Shown here: positions 52,349-64,000 of the stretch, piece by piece
Numbering within the stretch: position 1 is the first letter of the stretch
How the letters are laid out: each line of letters opens with the position of its first letter
NCBI GenBank assembly: GCA_035084275.1
Contig: CM068743.1
Span: 37,510,001 to 37,574,000, forward strand
Source: Hydrolagus colliei
Taxonomy: Eukaryota
Direction of reading: 5' to 3'
Length of the DNA: 64,000 nucleotides
Position numbers and translations under genes: made by a program
Notes under the pieces: model-generated
The model's database searches: none
What the model was told of the DNA's origin: nothing
Seen by the model: the letters and a program-made list of their open reading frames with translations, nothing else

Positions 52349-53640
52349 ACAACAACAACAACAACAAATTACATTTATAGAGCGCCTTTCACGTCGGGAG
52401 GACGTCCCAAGGCGCTGCACAGGAGGCGTGTGACCCGAGCTGAGAGGGGAGTGTTTGGGAAGGGGTGAAACACGAAGGGGAGGTTGAAAAATTTGGGGTG
52501 GAACAAAAGGCACGGTCGAAGAGGAAAGTCTTCAAACCGGCCTTGAAAGAGGAAAGGGAAGAAACGAGACGGAGGGATTGAGGGATGGCATTCCACAGGG
52601 TGGGAGCGGAGAAACTGAAGGCCCGGCCTCCGATGGTGGGGCGGTTCGGGTGGGGGTCTTGGAGCAGGCCAAGTCCTGTTGAACGGAGGGTCCGGGTGGG
52701 CTTGTAGGGGGAAAGTAGATTGGTTAAATAGGGCGGGGCAAGGCCGTGTAAGGCCTTGAAGGTGAGGACGAGGATCTTGAACTCGATCCTCTGGAGAATG
52801 GGGAGCCAATGGAGACGGGCGAGGATGGGGGTTATATGGTCGCGGAGGCGGGTGCGGGATAGTACACGGGCTGCAGAGTTTTGGATGACATGCAGCCTGT
52901 GAATGGAGGAACTGGGGAGGCCGACGAGGAGAGTTTCCGTAGTCCAGCCTCGAGGTGATGTATACGTGCACGAGTGTTTCGGCAGCGTGGGGGGTGAGAT
53001 AGTTGCAGAGCCTGGCAATGTTGCACAGGTGGAAATAAGCGGTGCAGGTCAAGGCGCGGATGTGGGGGAGGAAGGAAAGTTTTTGATCGAACATGATGCT
53101 GAGGTTCCTGATTGGCTTTGTGAGGTGGAGAGTACAGCCTTGGATGTTGAGGCTGGCAACGCCCGATGTGCGGAGGCGCTGGCTTGAGCCAATCAGGAGG
53201 GCCTCGGTCTTACTCACGTTCAATTGCAAGAAGTTGTCCCTCGTCCAGGACTCGATGTCGGACAGACATGCTGTCAGAACATCGATGGTCTGGGGGTTGA
53301 GGGATGAGGCAGAAAGGTACAACTGGGTGTCGCCCGCATACATGTGGAAATTTACCCCATGTTTGCGGATGACATCGCCCAGAGGGAGCGTGTAAAGGGT
53401 GAAAAGGAGGGGGCCTAAAACAGAGCCCTGAGGGATGCCGTGAGAAGTTGTGCGGGGGTTTGAAGAAAAACCGTTGGAAGAAACAAAGTGTAAACGGTGG
53501 GTCAGATAGGAATGGAACCAGTCAAGGACTGTGCCTTGAAGGTTGAGATGGGAGGAAAGACGTTGGAGGAGGATGGAGTGATCGACTGTGTCGAACGCAG
53601 CACAGGTCAAGGAGGACGAGGAGGCAGAGGGAGCCCTGGC
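52349..53640 (-). mobile_element. L2-clade LINE, 5'-truncated, RT C-terminus with frameshift, (TTG)n tail
   Basis: [12 protein letters not shown]...[13 protein letters not shown]...MYAGDTQLY...LQLNVSKTE; [14 protein letters not shown]. Confidence 0.93.
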
Positions 53641-54599
53641 AACCAAGATACTGACATAATTTTCACTTGCACTTCAAATGCAGAAGTCATGCCATTTGAT
53701 TTGTAATCCTCACGAGTATAGTTTTAAATTTTGACCCATCATTACTTGATGGTGTTGGTTTTAATGCGGAATATATTTCGACATGTACAATTCAGATACA
53801 TATTACTGTTGATCAACTTAAAACCTTACCAATAATTTTTTTGGGATTATTAAGGGAACAGAAATGATTTGAGACCTCCACAATGTGCAATGTTACAGCA
53901 GATGTTTGGCTATTATAAGATATTACATGATGTAGGCTGAGTCAGCATGTTAAAATTCTTCTTTATGAAAAAATATTATACCCCCAAATCATCTGATCTA
54001 ATCAGGTCAAATATGACAGAATAAAATTTAAAAATATTTCCTGGGACATTGTGCAGTCCAGTTAGCTCATTAAACGCCCCAAAACATCATCAATGACTGA
54101 TGTGTAAAACAGAGAATATCCTAATTTCAGTTCCACGCATTCTTCCAAGAATGGGATTGGGCAAAACTGTATTAATCACATGGCCGTGCAGTTGCTAATC
54201 TGGGTATGCTCGATGCAAATTTCGATTGCTTCAAGTGAGAAAACACCCCAATCCCATCCCAAGCAATACGTTTTGTTGATGATCACAACGGAATACACAA
54301 ACATTTGCATATACTAAACAACAGAATGTTTTAGATACTCTCAACGAGAACAATTGTGTTAAAAAATATCATTGCAACTACATTTTCTCACTGTCCCACT
54401 TACAGTATGTGTAACATACTGACCAGAACATACATCTACTTTGAAATGGGGGCTATTTAATTTCCAAGCAGCCCATGAAGCAGAAACATTTATCTTCTTT
54501 GGGTCTCGCCCTTTAGCAACTTAGTTTGGAACCCTCACGGTGATAGAGATGCAGAGTACAATTGCAAGCAGTTCAGCAAGGAAGCCATTAACAGCACAA

Positions 54600-55305
54600 A
54601 CTAAGACTTAGCACAAACTACCAATATAGCCGATATATCGATATATATCGCTATATATTGATATATATCGATATAGCGGGGGGGTTTTGTCCTGTGTATG
54701 TGCGCGCATTCCGGCGTGCGCGCGCATTCGGATATCGACAAGGTAAGTTGAAAAAGTCCGCAGTATACCGATATATCGCCGGACACGATATACTGATATT
54801 TGCAATATATCGATTTTTTTTTACATATCGAATTTTTCGATATATCGATATATTTTAAATTCCAATATCGGCATATTGATATGAAAATTATATTGGATAT
54901 AACTGATATATCGATATATTGCCGGACCTTAGTTGGCCCACACCGATATATCCGGGGGGTTTTGTAATACGCATGTGCGCGCATTCGGAGGTTCTTAGTT
55001 TGTGCTGTTGTGCTCTTAGTTTGTGCTGTTAATGGCGCGCATTCCGATGTGCGCGCGCATTCCGATATGCGCGTGTATTCTGTGCTCTAGGCCCAGAAGG
55101 TTTGCAATGCCGGCGACAAGGTAAGTTGAAAAAGTTTGCATTATACCGATATAACCGATATATCGCCGGACACTATATACCGATATTTGCGATATATCGA
55201 TTTTTTTATATAGAATTTTTTGATATCGATATATTTAAATTTCCAATATTGTCTTATCGATATGAAAAATTATACCGATATAACCGATATATTGTCAGAC
55301 ACTAG
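54600..55305. mobile_element. Rearranged or partial copies of the same hAT MITE family
   Basis: GATATATCG-rich blocks, GCGCGCATTC repeats and GACAAGGTAAGTTGAAAAAG occur twice. Confidence 0.75.
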
Positions 55306-55739
55306 AACGAACACATGGTTCATTCAGTCAAACACTCAAATTATTTTACACACTAATTTCACAACTGATTATTGGACAATGACTTGTTTGCCTTGTAAAC
55401 TGTCCTATTCATAACATAGTTTCTGAGGCACTGGTTATACACAGTAAACTCCTGACAACTCTTCACTCCGAGAGAAAAGGGCTCAGCGGCGAGTTATTAG
55501 GAGTGGTGAATCAGGCCACAATGGGGGTGTAGTGCCTGGGGTGGGCTTTCCACACAAGTTGGATGTGCAAGATCAGATGCATCACAGATGATGGTCCGAT
55601 GCACCAGACCTCCTTACCCTATCCTGTCACAGCACAGAGTGGGAGGCCACAGCACAGTACTCCAATAGACCAGAGGCCTCTGCGATCAGGATGCCATCTA
55701 ATAGGACAAGTCATCCAAAGCAAGCACTTACATTTATCC

Positions 55740-56360
55740 GTCCTCCCCCCACATCCGGTCCCTCACCAGCATCACTTTCTTCCATCACATTACCTGTCTT
55801 GGTCAATAGCTCACCCCCAAAGCTGCCAAAACCCTGGTACATGCCTTTGTCACCTCTTGGATGGACTACTCCAATACCCCCTCACTGGTCTCTCCTACTC
55901 CACCATTCACAAAATTCAGTTCATCTAAAACTTGCATTCTCAACCGCACCAAATTTCGTACCCCGATTACCCCAGTCCTTGCCAAACTGCACTGGCTCCC
56001 TGTCACAGAGCAGATGGACAAGATCCTCACTCTCGTGTTTAAATCCCTCCACTGCTCGCCACCCCTTTACCTCTCTAACCTCCTCTCTCCTCACAGCAGT
56101 ATCTGCTGCCTCCACTCTACTGGGTCTGGCCTCCTCCCTGTCCTCCCCCGTATCCTCCACTCCACCATCAGCAGCTATACTTTCAACCACTAGGCCACAA
56201 AACTCTGGAACTCCCTCCCTCAACCCCTCCTTTCCCATCTTCAGGTCGTGCCTGAAGACCGTTCTCTTCGACCACACTTAGTCACCTTCCCCCTCCCCTG
56301 ACTTGGCCACGGCCATTGTGAAGCACTCTAAGATGCCACAATATAAATGGAAGTTGGTGT
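55740..56360 (+). mobile_element. Old L2 LINE 3' fragment
   Basis: ITPVLAKLHWLPV..KILTLVFKSLH. Confidence 0.75.
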
Positions 56361-57439
56361 AGTTATGACTACAGCAACAACAAAAACAAAATTACATTTT
56401 TGGAGCGCCTTTCACATTAACATTTTGCATGGGAAGAAGCCAGTTATTGATAACGTATCAAGTGGTAGTTACAAGTTAAGCCACGGTATTGTTATCCGTC
56501 TACTATACAACAACAAAATTAACATTTATAGAGCGCCTTTCACGTCAGGAGGATATCCCATGGCACTGTACTTCACAGAAGAAAGATATTTATTTCAAGA
56601 GCACTTCTAGTTTTTCAATATAAATTTGAATTTATAATAGGGACTGAGATAAGGGGCGGGAGACAAGAACACACTTCAGACGAGGCTTGATGATGAATAA
56701 TCCCTAGTGCTTTTGACATGTTCTAGACGTCTCAACACGCTTCATGGGAATATACCGTAAATGTGGGTGATACATCAAGGAAGAGACATGAGTTGGAATG
56801 GAAAAGCGAAAGAGGGTGGGAAGGAAAGTTGGGGGATGGAGGGAGGAAGAGGTTGAGAGAAAAGGCTGGGGGAGGGGTTGGAAGCAGGGTAGAGAAGAAC
56901 AAACAGATCTGTAAAGCTGGAGAACAACAATCACAACAAAATTATATTTATATAGCACCTTTCAAGTCAGGAGGGCCTCCCACAACACACAGGACTCGAA
57001 AGGAAAACAACACACAAACCTAGTGGTGGTGGCAGAGAAACAACATACAGATCTGTATACGATTTGTGAGGGGGGGGGTGGGGGGGTGGAGAGAGAGAGA
57101 AACAACGAGGTGGGACACAACATTCAACAACAAAATTATACTTGTACAGTAGACAGAGAAAAGGAGGCGGAGGGGGTGAGGAGAGAGGGGAGAGAGAGAT
57201 AGAAACAACGTTCAAACCTGAGTGGAGGGGGTGGGGGGAGAGAAGATTCGGGTGGGGAGGAGAGAAACACAAACTTTCGTAAAGGAAGGAACAGAAACAA
57301 AAAGAGACCTGAGAAGATGGAGGGGAGAGGGGGAAGGGAGAGGGGGGGTGGAGAGAGAGTGGGGGAGAGAGAGAGAGAAGGGGGGACAGAGTGGGAGGGG
57401 GGTTGGGGAGAGGGAGGGTTAGGGGAGAGAGGGAAGGAG

Positions 57440-57970
57440 ATTGGGGGAGGAAAGAGAGGGAGGGGGGTGGGGGGAGACAGAGAGGGGGGGGATGGGGGGA
57501 GACAGAGAGGGGGGGATGGGGGGAGACAGAGAGGGGGGGCTGGGGAGAGACAGAGAGGGGGGGCTGGGGGGAGACAGAGGGGGGGGCTGGGGGGAGACAG
57601 AGAGGGGGGGTGGGGGGGAGACAGAGAGGGGGGGTGGGGGGGAGACAGAGAGGGGGGGTGGGGGGGAGACAGAGAGGGGGGGTGGGGGGGAAACAGAGAG
57701 GGGGGGTGGGGGGAGACAGAGAGGGGGGGTGGGGGGGGAGACAGAGAGGGGGGGTGGGGGGGAGACAGAGAGGGGGGGTGGGGGGAGACAGAGAGGGAGG
57801 GTGGGGGGGGAGACAGAGAGGGAGGGTGGGGGGGAGACAGAGAGGGGGGGTGGGGGGGAGACAGACAGGGGGGGTGGGGGGGAGACAGACAGGGGGGGTG
57901 GGGGGGAGACAGAGAGGGAGGGGTGGGGGGAGACAGAGAGGGGGGGTGGGGGGAGACAGAGAGGGGGGGG
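57440..57970. repeat. G-rich minisatellite, unit about 23-24 bp (GGGGGGGAGACAGAGAGGGGGGGT)
   Basis: About 20 tandem near-identical units read directly. Confidence 0.95.
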
Positions 57971-59200
57971 CGAGAGGAGGTGGAGAGCGAACGAGGCCTC
58001 GGCTTCAGTCAATCAGTCAGTTACCCGGGAACATGGCGGCCGCCATGCCGCCGGGCGCCGCCTGTGACTGTTGGCTCTTGAGGCCTCGGGAGGAGGAGGA
58101 GGACGAGAGCGGGGACTGTCTGCCATCCCTTCCCCCTATCTCCCTCCTCCACCACCATCTTAGGCCTCTCAACCTCCCGCCCACCTGCCGGTCTAGTCTG
58201 GTTGCGGCCGACAAGGCCTCCCCCTCCTCCTTTACCTCAGGCCGCTCGAGTGATGGTGGACGCCGCCGACAAAACAACAGGAAGGGAAGAGAAAGGGGGG
58301 AGATGGACCAGTAGTAAAAGATAATGATGGCCGCCGCCTATTAACGAACCTGTGTGTCGGGGGCCGCTCGCGCTCTTCCTCCCTCCCGCAGCCGCTGAGT
58401 CCGTGTGTGTTTGCGCGAGAGAGAGGGGGGCGGGGGGCGGCTGGAGGGAGGGCTGTACAGACCCAACTCAACACACACACACACAGCGGATGTCCCGCCT
58501 TCCCCCCACCTCCTCTCTCGCTGTCTGTCAATTATCCTCACTCTCTCATTCACTCACTCATACACATACATGGACACACCCACTCACCAAGCTCCACAGC
58601 TCCGATTGGTCCCGCGCAGCTGTCAATCACTATCCTTCGCTGCCACTCGCACCGGGTGTTCCTCCTTCTCCCACTCACTCCGTCTGTCAATCATCCTCAC
58701 ACTCACTCTCATTCACTCACATACACAGACCTACCCAATCACCAAGCCCCACTGCTCCGATTGGTCCGCACAGCTGTCAATCACTATCCTCCCACCCTTT
58801 CCGACTCCTCTGTCTGGAGTCGATGTCCAAACTCCCCCTGACACACACACCGGATGTCCCGCCTTCTATCTCCCTGTCTGTCGATTATCCTCACTCACTC
58901 ATTCACTCACATACATAGACACACCCACTCACCGTGACCCACAACTCCAAATGGTATATGCAGCTGTCAATCACTATCCTTTACCCCACCCATTGCTCCT
59001 CACGTCTTCCCAACCACACGCACAGGATGTCCCGCCTTCTTTCTTTCCCTATCTCTCCCTGTCTGTCAATCATCCCCACGCCCCCATTCGCTCACATAGG
59101 CACGCCCACTACCAAGTCCACAGCTCCGATTGGTCGGCACAGCTGTCAATCAGCATACTTTCCCCCCCTCCCCACTCTTCTCCGCCACACACTACTGCTA
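57970..59200 (-). promoter_or_regulatory. CpG-island promoter region with YY1-like sites and tandem CCAAT + TGATTGACAG elements
   Basis: The main CpG-dense stretch not explained by a transposon; AACATGGCGG at 58030; six perfect TGATTGACAG and three linked CCAAT boxes. Confidence 0.75.
58236..58400 (-). other. LARP4B: Probable non-coding exon 1 of LARP4B (5' boundary approximate)
   Basis: CpG-rich segment ending in a GAG|GTAAAG donor (GT at 58235-58234); a second possible donor CGG|GTAACT has GT at 58024-58023. Confidence 0.55.
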
Positions 59201-60243
59201 GCTAGTTTGGTTGCGCAGCAGCTACTGTATCAATAGATTCTTTAGTGCGAGGAAAGGAGAGATGGGTGGGCGGCTGAATGGATGGATCTGTACAACGTTG
59301 TTCATATATTACATAAATTGTTCACACATCGTATATAAAATGTATGGGATCATTATTTAAAAACTAATAATCATCCTTGCATTTGATAGAGTGCTTTTAC
59401 CACATCTTCAAGACATAAGAACTTAAGAACATAGGAATTAGGAGCAGGACTAGGCCATTCAGCCCCTCAAGCCTGCCCCGCCATTTGATAAGATCATGGC
59501 AGATCTTCTACTCTAACTCCATCTGCCTGCTTTATCCCCATATCCCTTAATCCCTTTAGAGACGTCTCAAAGCGCTTCACACAATATGCTGTAAAGTGAC
59601 TCGACTGCATGTTGTGGGAGCGAAACGCAGCAGCTAATTGCGTACAGCAGTGTGCCACAAAGAGGTGGATTGAGTGACCAATTTATTTTTTGAAGGGATG
59701 CATACAATTAGTTGTCGCATTTCGCCCACAAAATATACAGTCACTGTGCTTTTTACAGCATATTCTGTGAAGCATTTTGAGAGGCCTCAATGACGTGATT
59801 GGATTCTATAACAAATGTAAGGTTTATTATGTTACCATTTAATTATGGGTGGTTGCAGATTCATAATTTCATTTAAATTTTGAAAGATTCTTGTACTCAA
59901 TTACCTTGTGGTGGGGTAATTGAGGGCAACATACAGTACTGATGCTGTACATACATTTTTTGTGTTTTCACAAAATACAGAGTCGATCCACTTTGCAATA
60001 CAATAACACCAACAAAATTACACTTGTATAGCACCTTTCACGTCTAGTGGGTCTGGGAGTGAGAGGGGAGGGACAGTTGGTTGAACACGGTTTAAATTTT
60101 TTTTCAATCCACAACTCTGGGACGCGTTTTGCCCACATATTCACATTACAGTTTATTTTGCGAAGCGCTTTGAGATGTCTAGAAGACGTGAAAAGCGCTA
60201 TAAAAGGCAAGGATTATTATTATTATCATTCATATGATAGTGT

Positions 60244-60590
60244 GGAGCTCCTGTGGCTCAGTGGTTAGAGCACTTGTCTTGCAAGCCGGGGAGACCAAGC
60301 TAGGGAGACCTGTGTTCAAATCCAGGCAGGTCAGGGCGAAAGCTTGGGCAAGTTTCCTTACTCCAACAAGCCTAATAATAATCCCTCCCAAAAAAATCAC
60401 AATAATAAAATTGGTCATTTCAATCCACGACTGTGTGTGGGACACTGCTGTGCGCAATTGGCTGCCGCGATTCGCCCACAAATATATACAATCAATTCAC
60501 TTTACAGTATATTCTGTGAAGCGCTTTGGGACGTCGATAAGATGTGAAAAGCGCTCTATCAAATGCAAGGATTATTATTATTATTATTAT
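60244..60590 (+). mobile_element. tRNA-derived SINE, variant with a 15-nt head duplication
   Basis: CAAGCCGGGGAGAC-CAAGCTAGGGAGAC in the head. Confidence 0.9.
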
Positions 60591-61514
60591 ATGCAACTCA
60601 AATATCCCTGTGTTTCGTGTGTAGGAAAAAAAAATCGACTACATTATAATTGTAACAGGAAAAAAACCTTTTAAACTCAAAAGGATTTCACTCACGCAGT
60701 CTGTATTTCATCTGCCAGCCTGTAAAGCTGTACTCAATATGTTTTTTGGGTTTTTTTTGGTGGGGGGGTGGGGGGGGGGGGTGTTGTTTGTTGATGAGAA
60801 ATTGCAGAAACCTACCCTCCAAAAACACACACACAAAGCAGCGGTAGCAGCAACCGTGCAATAGTTATTGGATCATCAAGTCATTTATTTCACCATAAAC
60901 GCAAAACTTAACCTTTTGGATGACAAAATACAACGTTGGGTGGGTAAGTGGGTGGGTTGGTAAGTAATAAAATAGGAAGTAGGTCAATGGATGTTCAGGA
61001 AAATTCTGAATAACATAGACCACAGTAAGCTGTTGTATCTTGTACTGAACAATAGAACCAGAGGACACTGGCCTGCAATTGAAGTGTGGGGAGGGGGTAA
61101 ATTCAGAACAAATCTGCAGAAACATAACTTCAGTGAACGAGTAGCAAACTTATGAAGCAGGCTCCCTGGGGAGACGGTGGAAGTAGAAAGCATCATTGGT
61201 TTCAAGAACAAATTAAATAAGATTTCTGTTGGAAAATAATATTTCAAGAAACAATACCTGTATATAAAACACAAAATACTACAGATGCTGGGAATCTGAA
61301 ACAAAAACAGAAGTTGCTGGGGAAACTCAGCAGGTCAGGCAATACCTATGTATAGTTTGGGGCGCGACATGTTAAGCGATTGCCAGGATGGTGGACAGCA
61401 AACTGGATCTCCTTGGCATTCTTTTGCCTAGCAAGTATTGTACTTATGTTCTTCATTTGCGACCCATGTCCTCTACGTCCATCCATAAGATGGTGACCCC
61501 ATCTCCAAGCATGG

Positions 61515-61950
61515 TGACCCCATCTCCCCCATCATCACCCGACTCCATTGGCTCCCCATCATCCAAAGGATCCAATTCAAGATCCTGGTCCTCACATTCA
61601 AAGCCCTCCGAGGCCTCACTCTATCCTACATCAACGACCTCCTAAACCCTTACCAACCTGCCCTCCCTCTCGCTCAGCAGGCTCTGGCCTGCTCCATGTC
61701 CCCCAACCCAGCCACACCACCATTGGTGGGTGAGCCTTTAGCCACTCTGCTCCCAACCTCTGGAACTCCATCCCACAGTCCCTCCACCTCGTCCCCTCCC
61801 TGGCCTCTTTCAAGTCTTCCTCAAGACCCTCCTCTGCCCTCCACCCTCTCTGTCCCCAGCTTGGGTCTGAAGCAATGACTGTTCAGCGTCTTGGGATGTT
61901 CTCCTGACGTGAAAGGCGCTATACAAGTGTAATTTTGTTGTTGTTGTTGG
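61515..61950 (+). mobile_element. L2 LINE 3' fragment
   Basis: Same subfamily as 1110-1562; TTG tail. Confidence 0.85.
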
Positions 61951-62654
61951 AGTGTTTGTTTGTAAATTTAAGAATGGATCAGATTAAATGGCAATGTAAG
62001 GACTTGATTCTAACAGCGCCTGTCATTTTATACTTAATAAATAATATTTTGCAGTCTGCGTATCTAAGATATGTTATTGCATTTGGACAATTTTGTCACA
62101 AATTCTTTCTTAAAGTAGGTTAGCAAATAATTGGATAAATGTTTACCTCCTAAAATAACTGCTACTACAGTATTTTTGCAGCATGCACTGTATTTAGTGT
62201 TGTGTTCTACAGAAATAGCCTAATCCTAGATCATTCCTCGCAACCCAGATCAAAAACAAGATTAACTTTGCATTTTCAGTCCCTTTCAATAACCCCACTC
62301 AAATCCGTCTCTATCATTCTTTACCTCAAGAGGATTTTTTTTTGTGTGGCTGCTTTGTCGCTGTGGTAATGAATAACTGAAGAGGATTACATTAATCCAC
62401 ACAAGACACAGCTTCTTTTTAAAAAAAACTGTTCAAATAGTTTCCAGATCAAAATACTCGCTATATAAACTCACTGAAGGTATCAGTGATAGATATTTTC
62501 TCAAATGCACATACTTTAACGCAAATTGTGTCGACATGACCAGTTGAACTTGGTTTAACAGTAGATTTACGGCAGCACGTTTGTTCACCATACAGTTCAC
62601 AGATCACTTGTTCCCTGCTGAGCAATCTACTGCATCATCCACACCACCCAACCC

Positions 62655-63006
62655 TACATCCACAACCTCCTAACTCCCTACCAACCTGCCCGGCCCCTCT
62701 GCTCAGTAGGCTCTGGCCTGCTCCACGTCGCCCGACGCACCCTCCCCACCATCAGCGGGCGAGCCTTTAGCCACTCTGCCCCCAACCTCTGGAACTCCAT
62801 CCCACAGTCTCTCGCCCTCTGCCTGTCCTCCTTCAAGTCCCTCCTCAAGATCCTCCTCTTCGATAGCCCCATCAGTCACCCCGAATCCCTCCCTTTCTCT
62901 CCATCCTCCCTGACCCCGCCTCGGGTCTGAAACAATGACTGTGCAGCACCTTGGGACATCCTCCTGATGTGAAAGGCGCTATACAAGTGTCATTTTGTTG
63001 TTGTTG
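62655..63006 (+). mobile_element. L2 LINE 3' fragment
   Basis: Same subfamily; TTG tail. Confidence 0.85.
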
Positions 63007-63292
63007 CATTAGTCATTGGAAGAGTTGTACAATTTAGATGTTCCAATGTTTTTGCACCATCTATTCATATTGTGGCTGTGGAGAAGAGATCTGGTTCAAC
63101 AATTGAAAAAAGTGTCAGGTGTTTGCTGGGCTCAGTTAGTAGCCCTCTTGCCTCTGAGATAGAAGGTTGTGGTTTCAAGCCCTACCCCGGGACTTTAGTC
63201 TACACTCCAATACAGTTTCTTCTTGTTGTTATCTCAAAGACATAATCAGGCGCTACATCAAATAGAAGGATTCTTACTAATACGCTCCAGTT

Positions 63293-63622
63293 GTTATTAA
63301 TAATAACCCTTGCATTTGATATCGCGCTTTTCACATCTTACCGATGTCTCAAAGCGCTTCATGGAATATACTGTAAATTGAATTGCCTGTATATGTGTGG
63401 GCGAAATGCGGCAGCCAATTGTGCACAGCAGCGTCCCTACAGACAGTCGTGGATTGAAATGCCTAATTTTATTATTGTAGGTTTTTTTGGAGGGATTATT
63501 ATTAGGCGTGTGTGTGTGTAGTAAGGAAACTTGCCCAAGGTTTTGCCCTGACCTGCCTGGATTCAAACACAGGTCTCACGCTTGTAAGGCGAGTGCTCTA
63601 ACCACTGAGCTACAGGAACTCC
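63293..63622 (-). mobile_element. tRNA-derived SINE
   Basis: Family consensus, reverse strand. Confidence 0.88.
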
Positions 63623-63741
63623 AATTCAATATTCTTCGGCTAAAATTCTCTTACCGTCCCAAAATTGCTCAATGATTCTTATCCTATGTCACCTCATTTT
63701 ACAATTTTGGTTTATCCAAAAGTATTGTTCTGGGTTTACCA

Positions 63742-63810
63742 TATCAATTTCATTTCGAATTTTATATCAATTTCATTTCGAATTTTATATCAATTTCATT
63801 TCGAATTTTA
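63742..63810. repeat. 23-bp tandem repeat x3 (TATCAATTTCATTTCGAATTTTA)
   Basis: Read directly. Confidence 0.9.
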
Positions 63811-64000
63811 TGTACCTCTCTAAAACATCCTCTGAGATATCACCTTTAAATTGTCTAATCATAGCTCATTCCTCTCTAACACTGGGATCATTCCCCTTGA
63901 TGTCTCCTTGCAGTCTCCGGCTTCTGGCCAGCCATGGAAACCCATCACCAACCAACTCAAACTACAGTACTGATAACTCCAGTAAATGAATGAACGTTTA

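Larger units (their letters stand above)
1806..58400 (-). other. LARP4B: LARP4B gene locus (5' part; last exons lie beyond the left edge of the window)
   Basis: The spliced exons give MTSDQDTKVVAEPQ...LNPNAKVW (PAM2w)...[27 protein letters not shown] (La motif)...RCIVILRE...[13 protein letters not shown] (RRM)...FELGLSNFPPLPGAAG. This is colinear with vertebrate LARP4B; the MTSDQD start and RPNQNRC distinguish it from LARP4. Confidence 0.97.

Noticed and set aside
57317-58314. Long Gly/Arg- or Pro-rich ORFs (254, 307, 208 and 197 aa)
   Set aside because: Stop-free by-products of the G-rich minisatellite
58352-59236. His/Thr/Ser-rich ORFs up to 266 aa
   Set aside because: Translations of the low-complexity tandem promoter units; no domain signal
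1-64000. CRISPR arrays, operons, rRNA genes
   Set aside because: Eukaryotic intron-rich DNA; no regularly spaced repeat-spacer array or rRNA similarity seen

Overview
Vertebrate genomic DNA; the repeat families (tRNA/Deu-type SINE with an L2-like tail, L2 and CR1 LINEs, Penelope-type 3' ends) suggest a cartilaginous fish. One gene runs on the minus strand: LARP4B (La-related protein 4B). I read 14 coding exons by hand, from the canonical ATG exon (38214) down to about 1806, with GT-AG boundaries and consistent phases. The 3' end lies beyond the left edge, and a CpG-rich promoter with a probable non-coding exon 1 lies at about 58.0-59.2 kb. The standout feature is a 3.6 kb uninterrupted ORF (33056-29424) inside LARP4B intron 2. 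It starts with MGCCFSK (myristoylation/palmitoylation) followed by an acidic dileucine motif (EKTSLL), as in LAMTOR1, and ends in a consensus GTGAGT donor in phase with the PAM2w exon. It looks like an alternative giant first coding exon for a lipid-anchored, possibly endolysosomal, LARP4B isoform of about 1,900 aa. Also present: a tandem-amplified PBX/PREP-decamer plus CCAAT promoter array, a near-complete pogo-family transposon, hAT, Tigger-like and TTAA MITEs with intact target-site duplications, and decayed Penelope-type minimal hammerhead motifs. Repeat boundaries are approximate and repeat family names come from motif recognition, not database searches.
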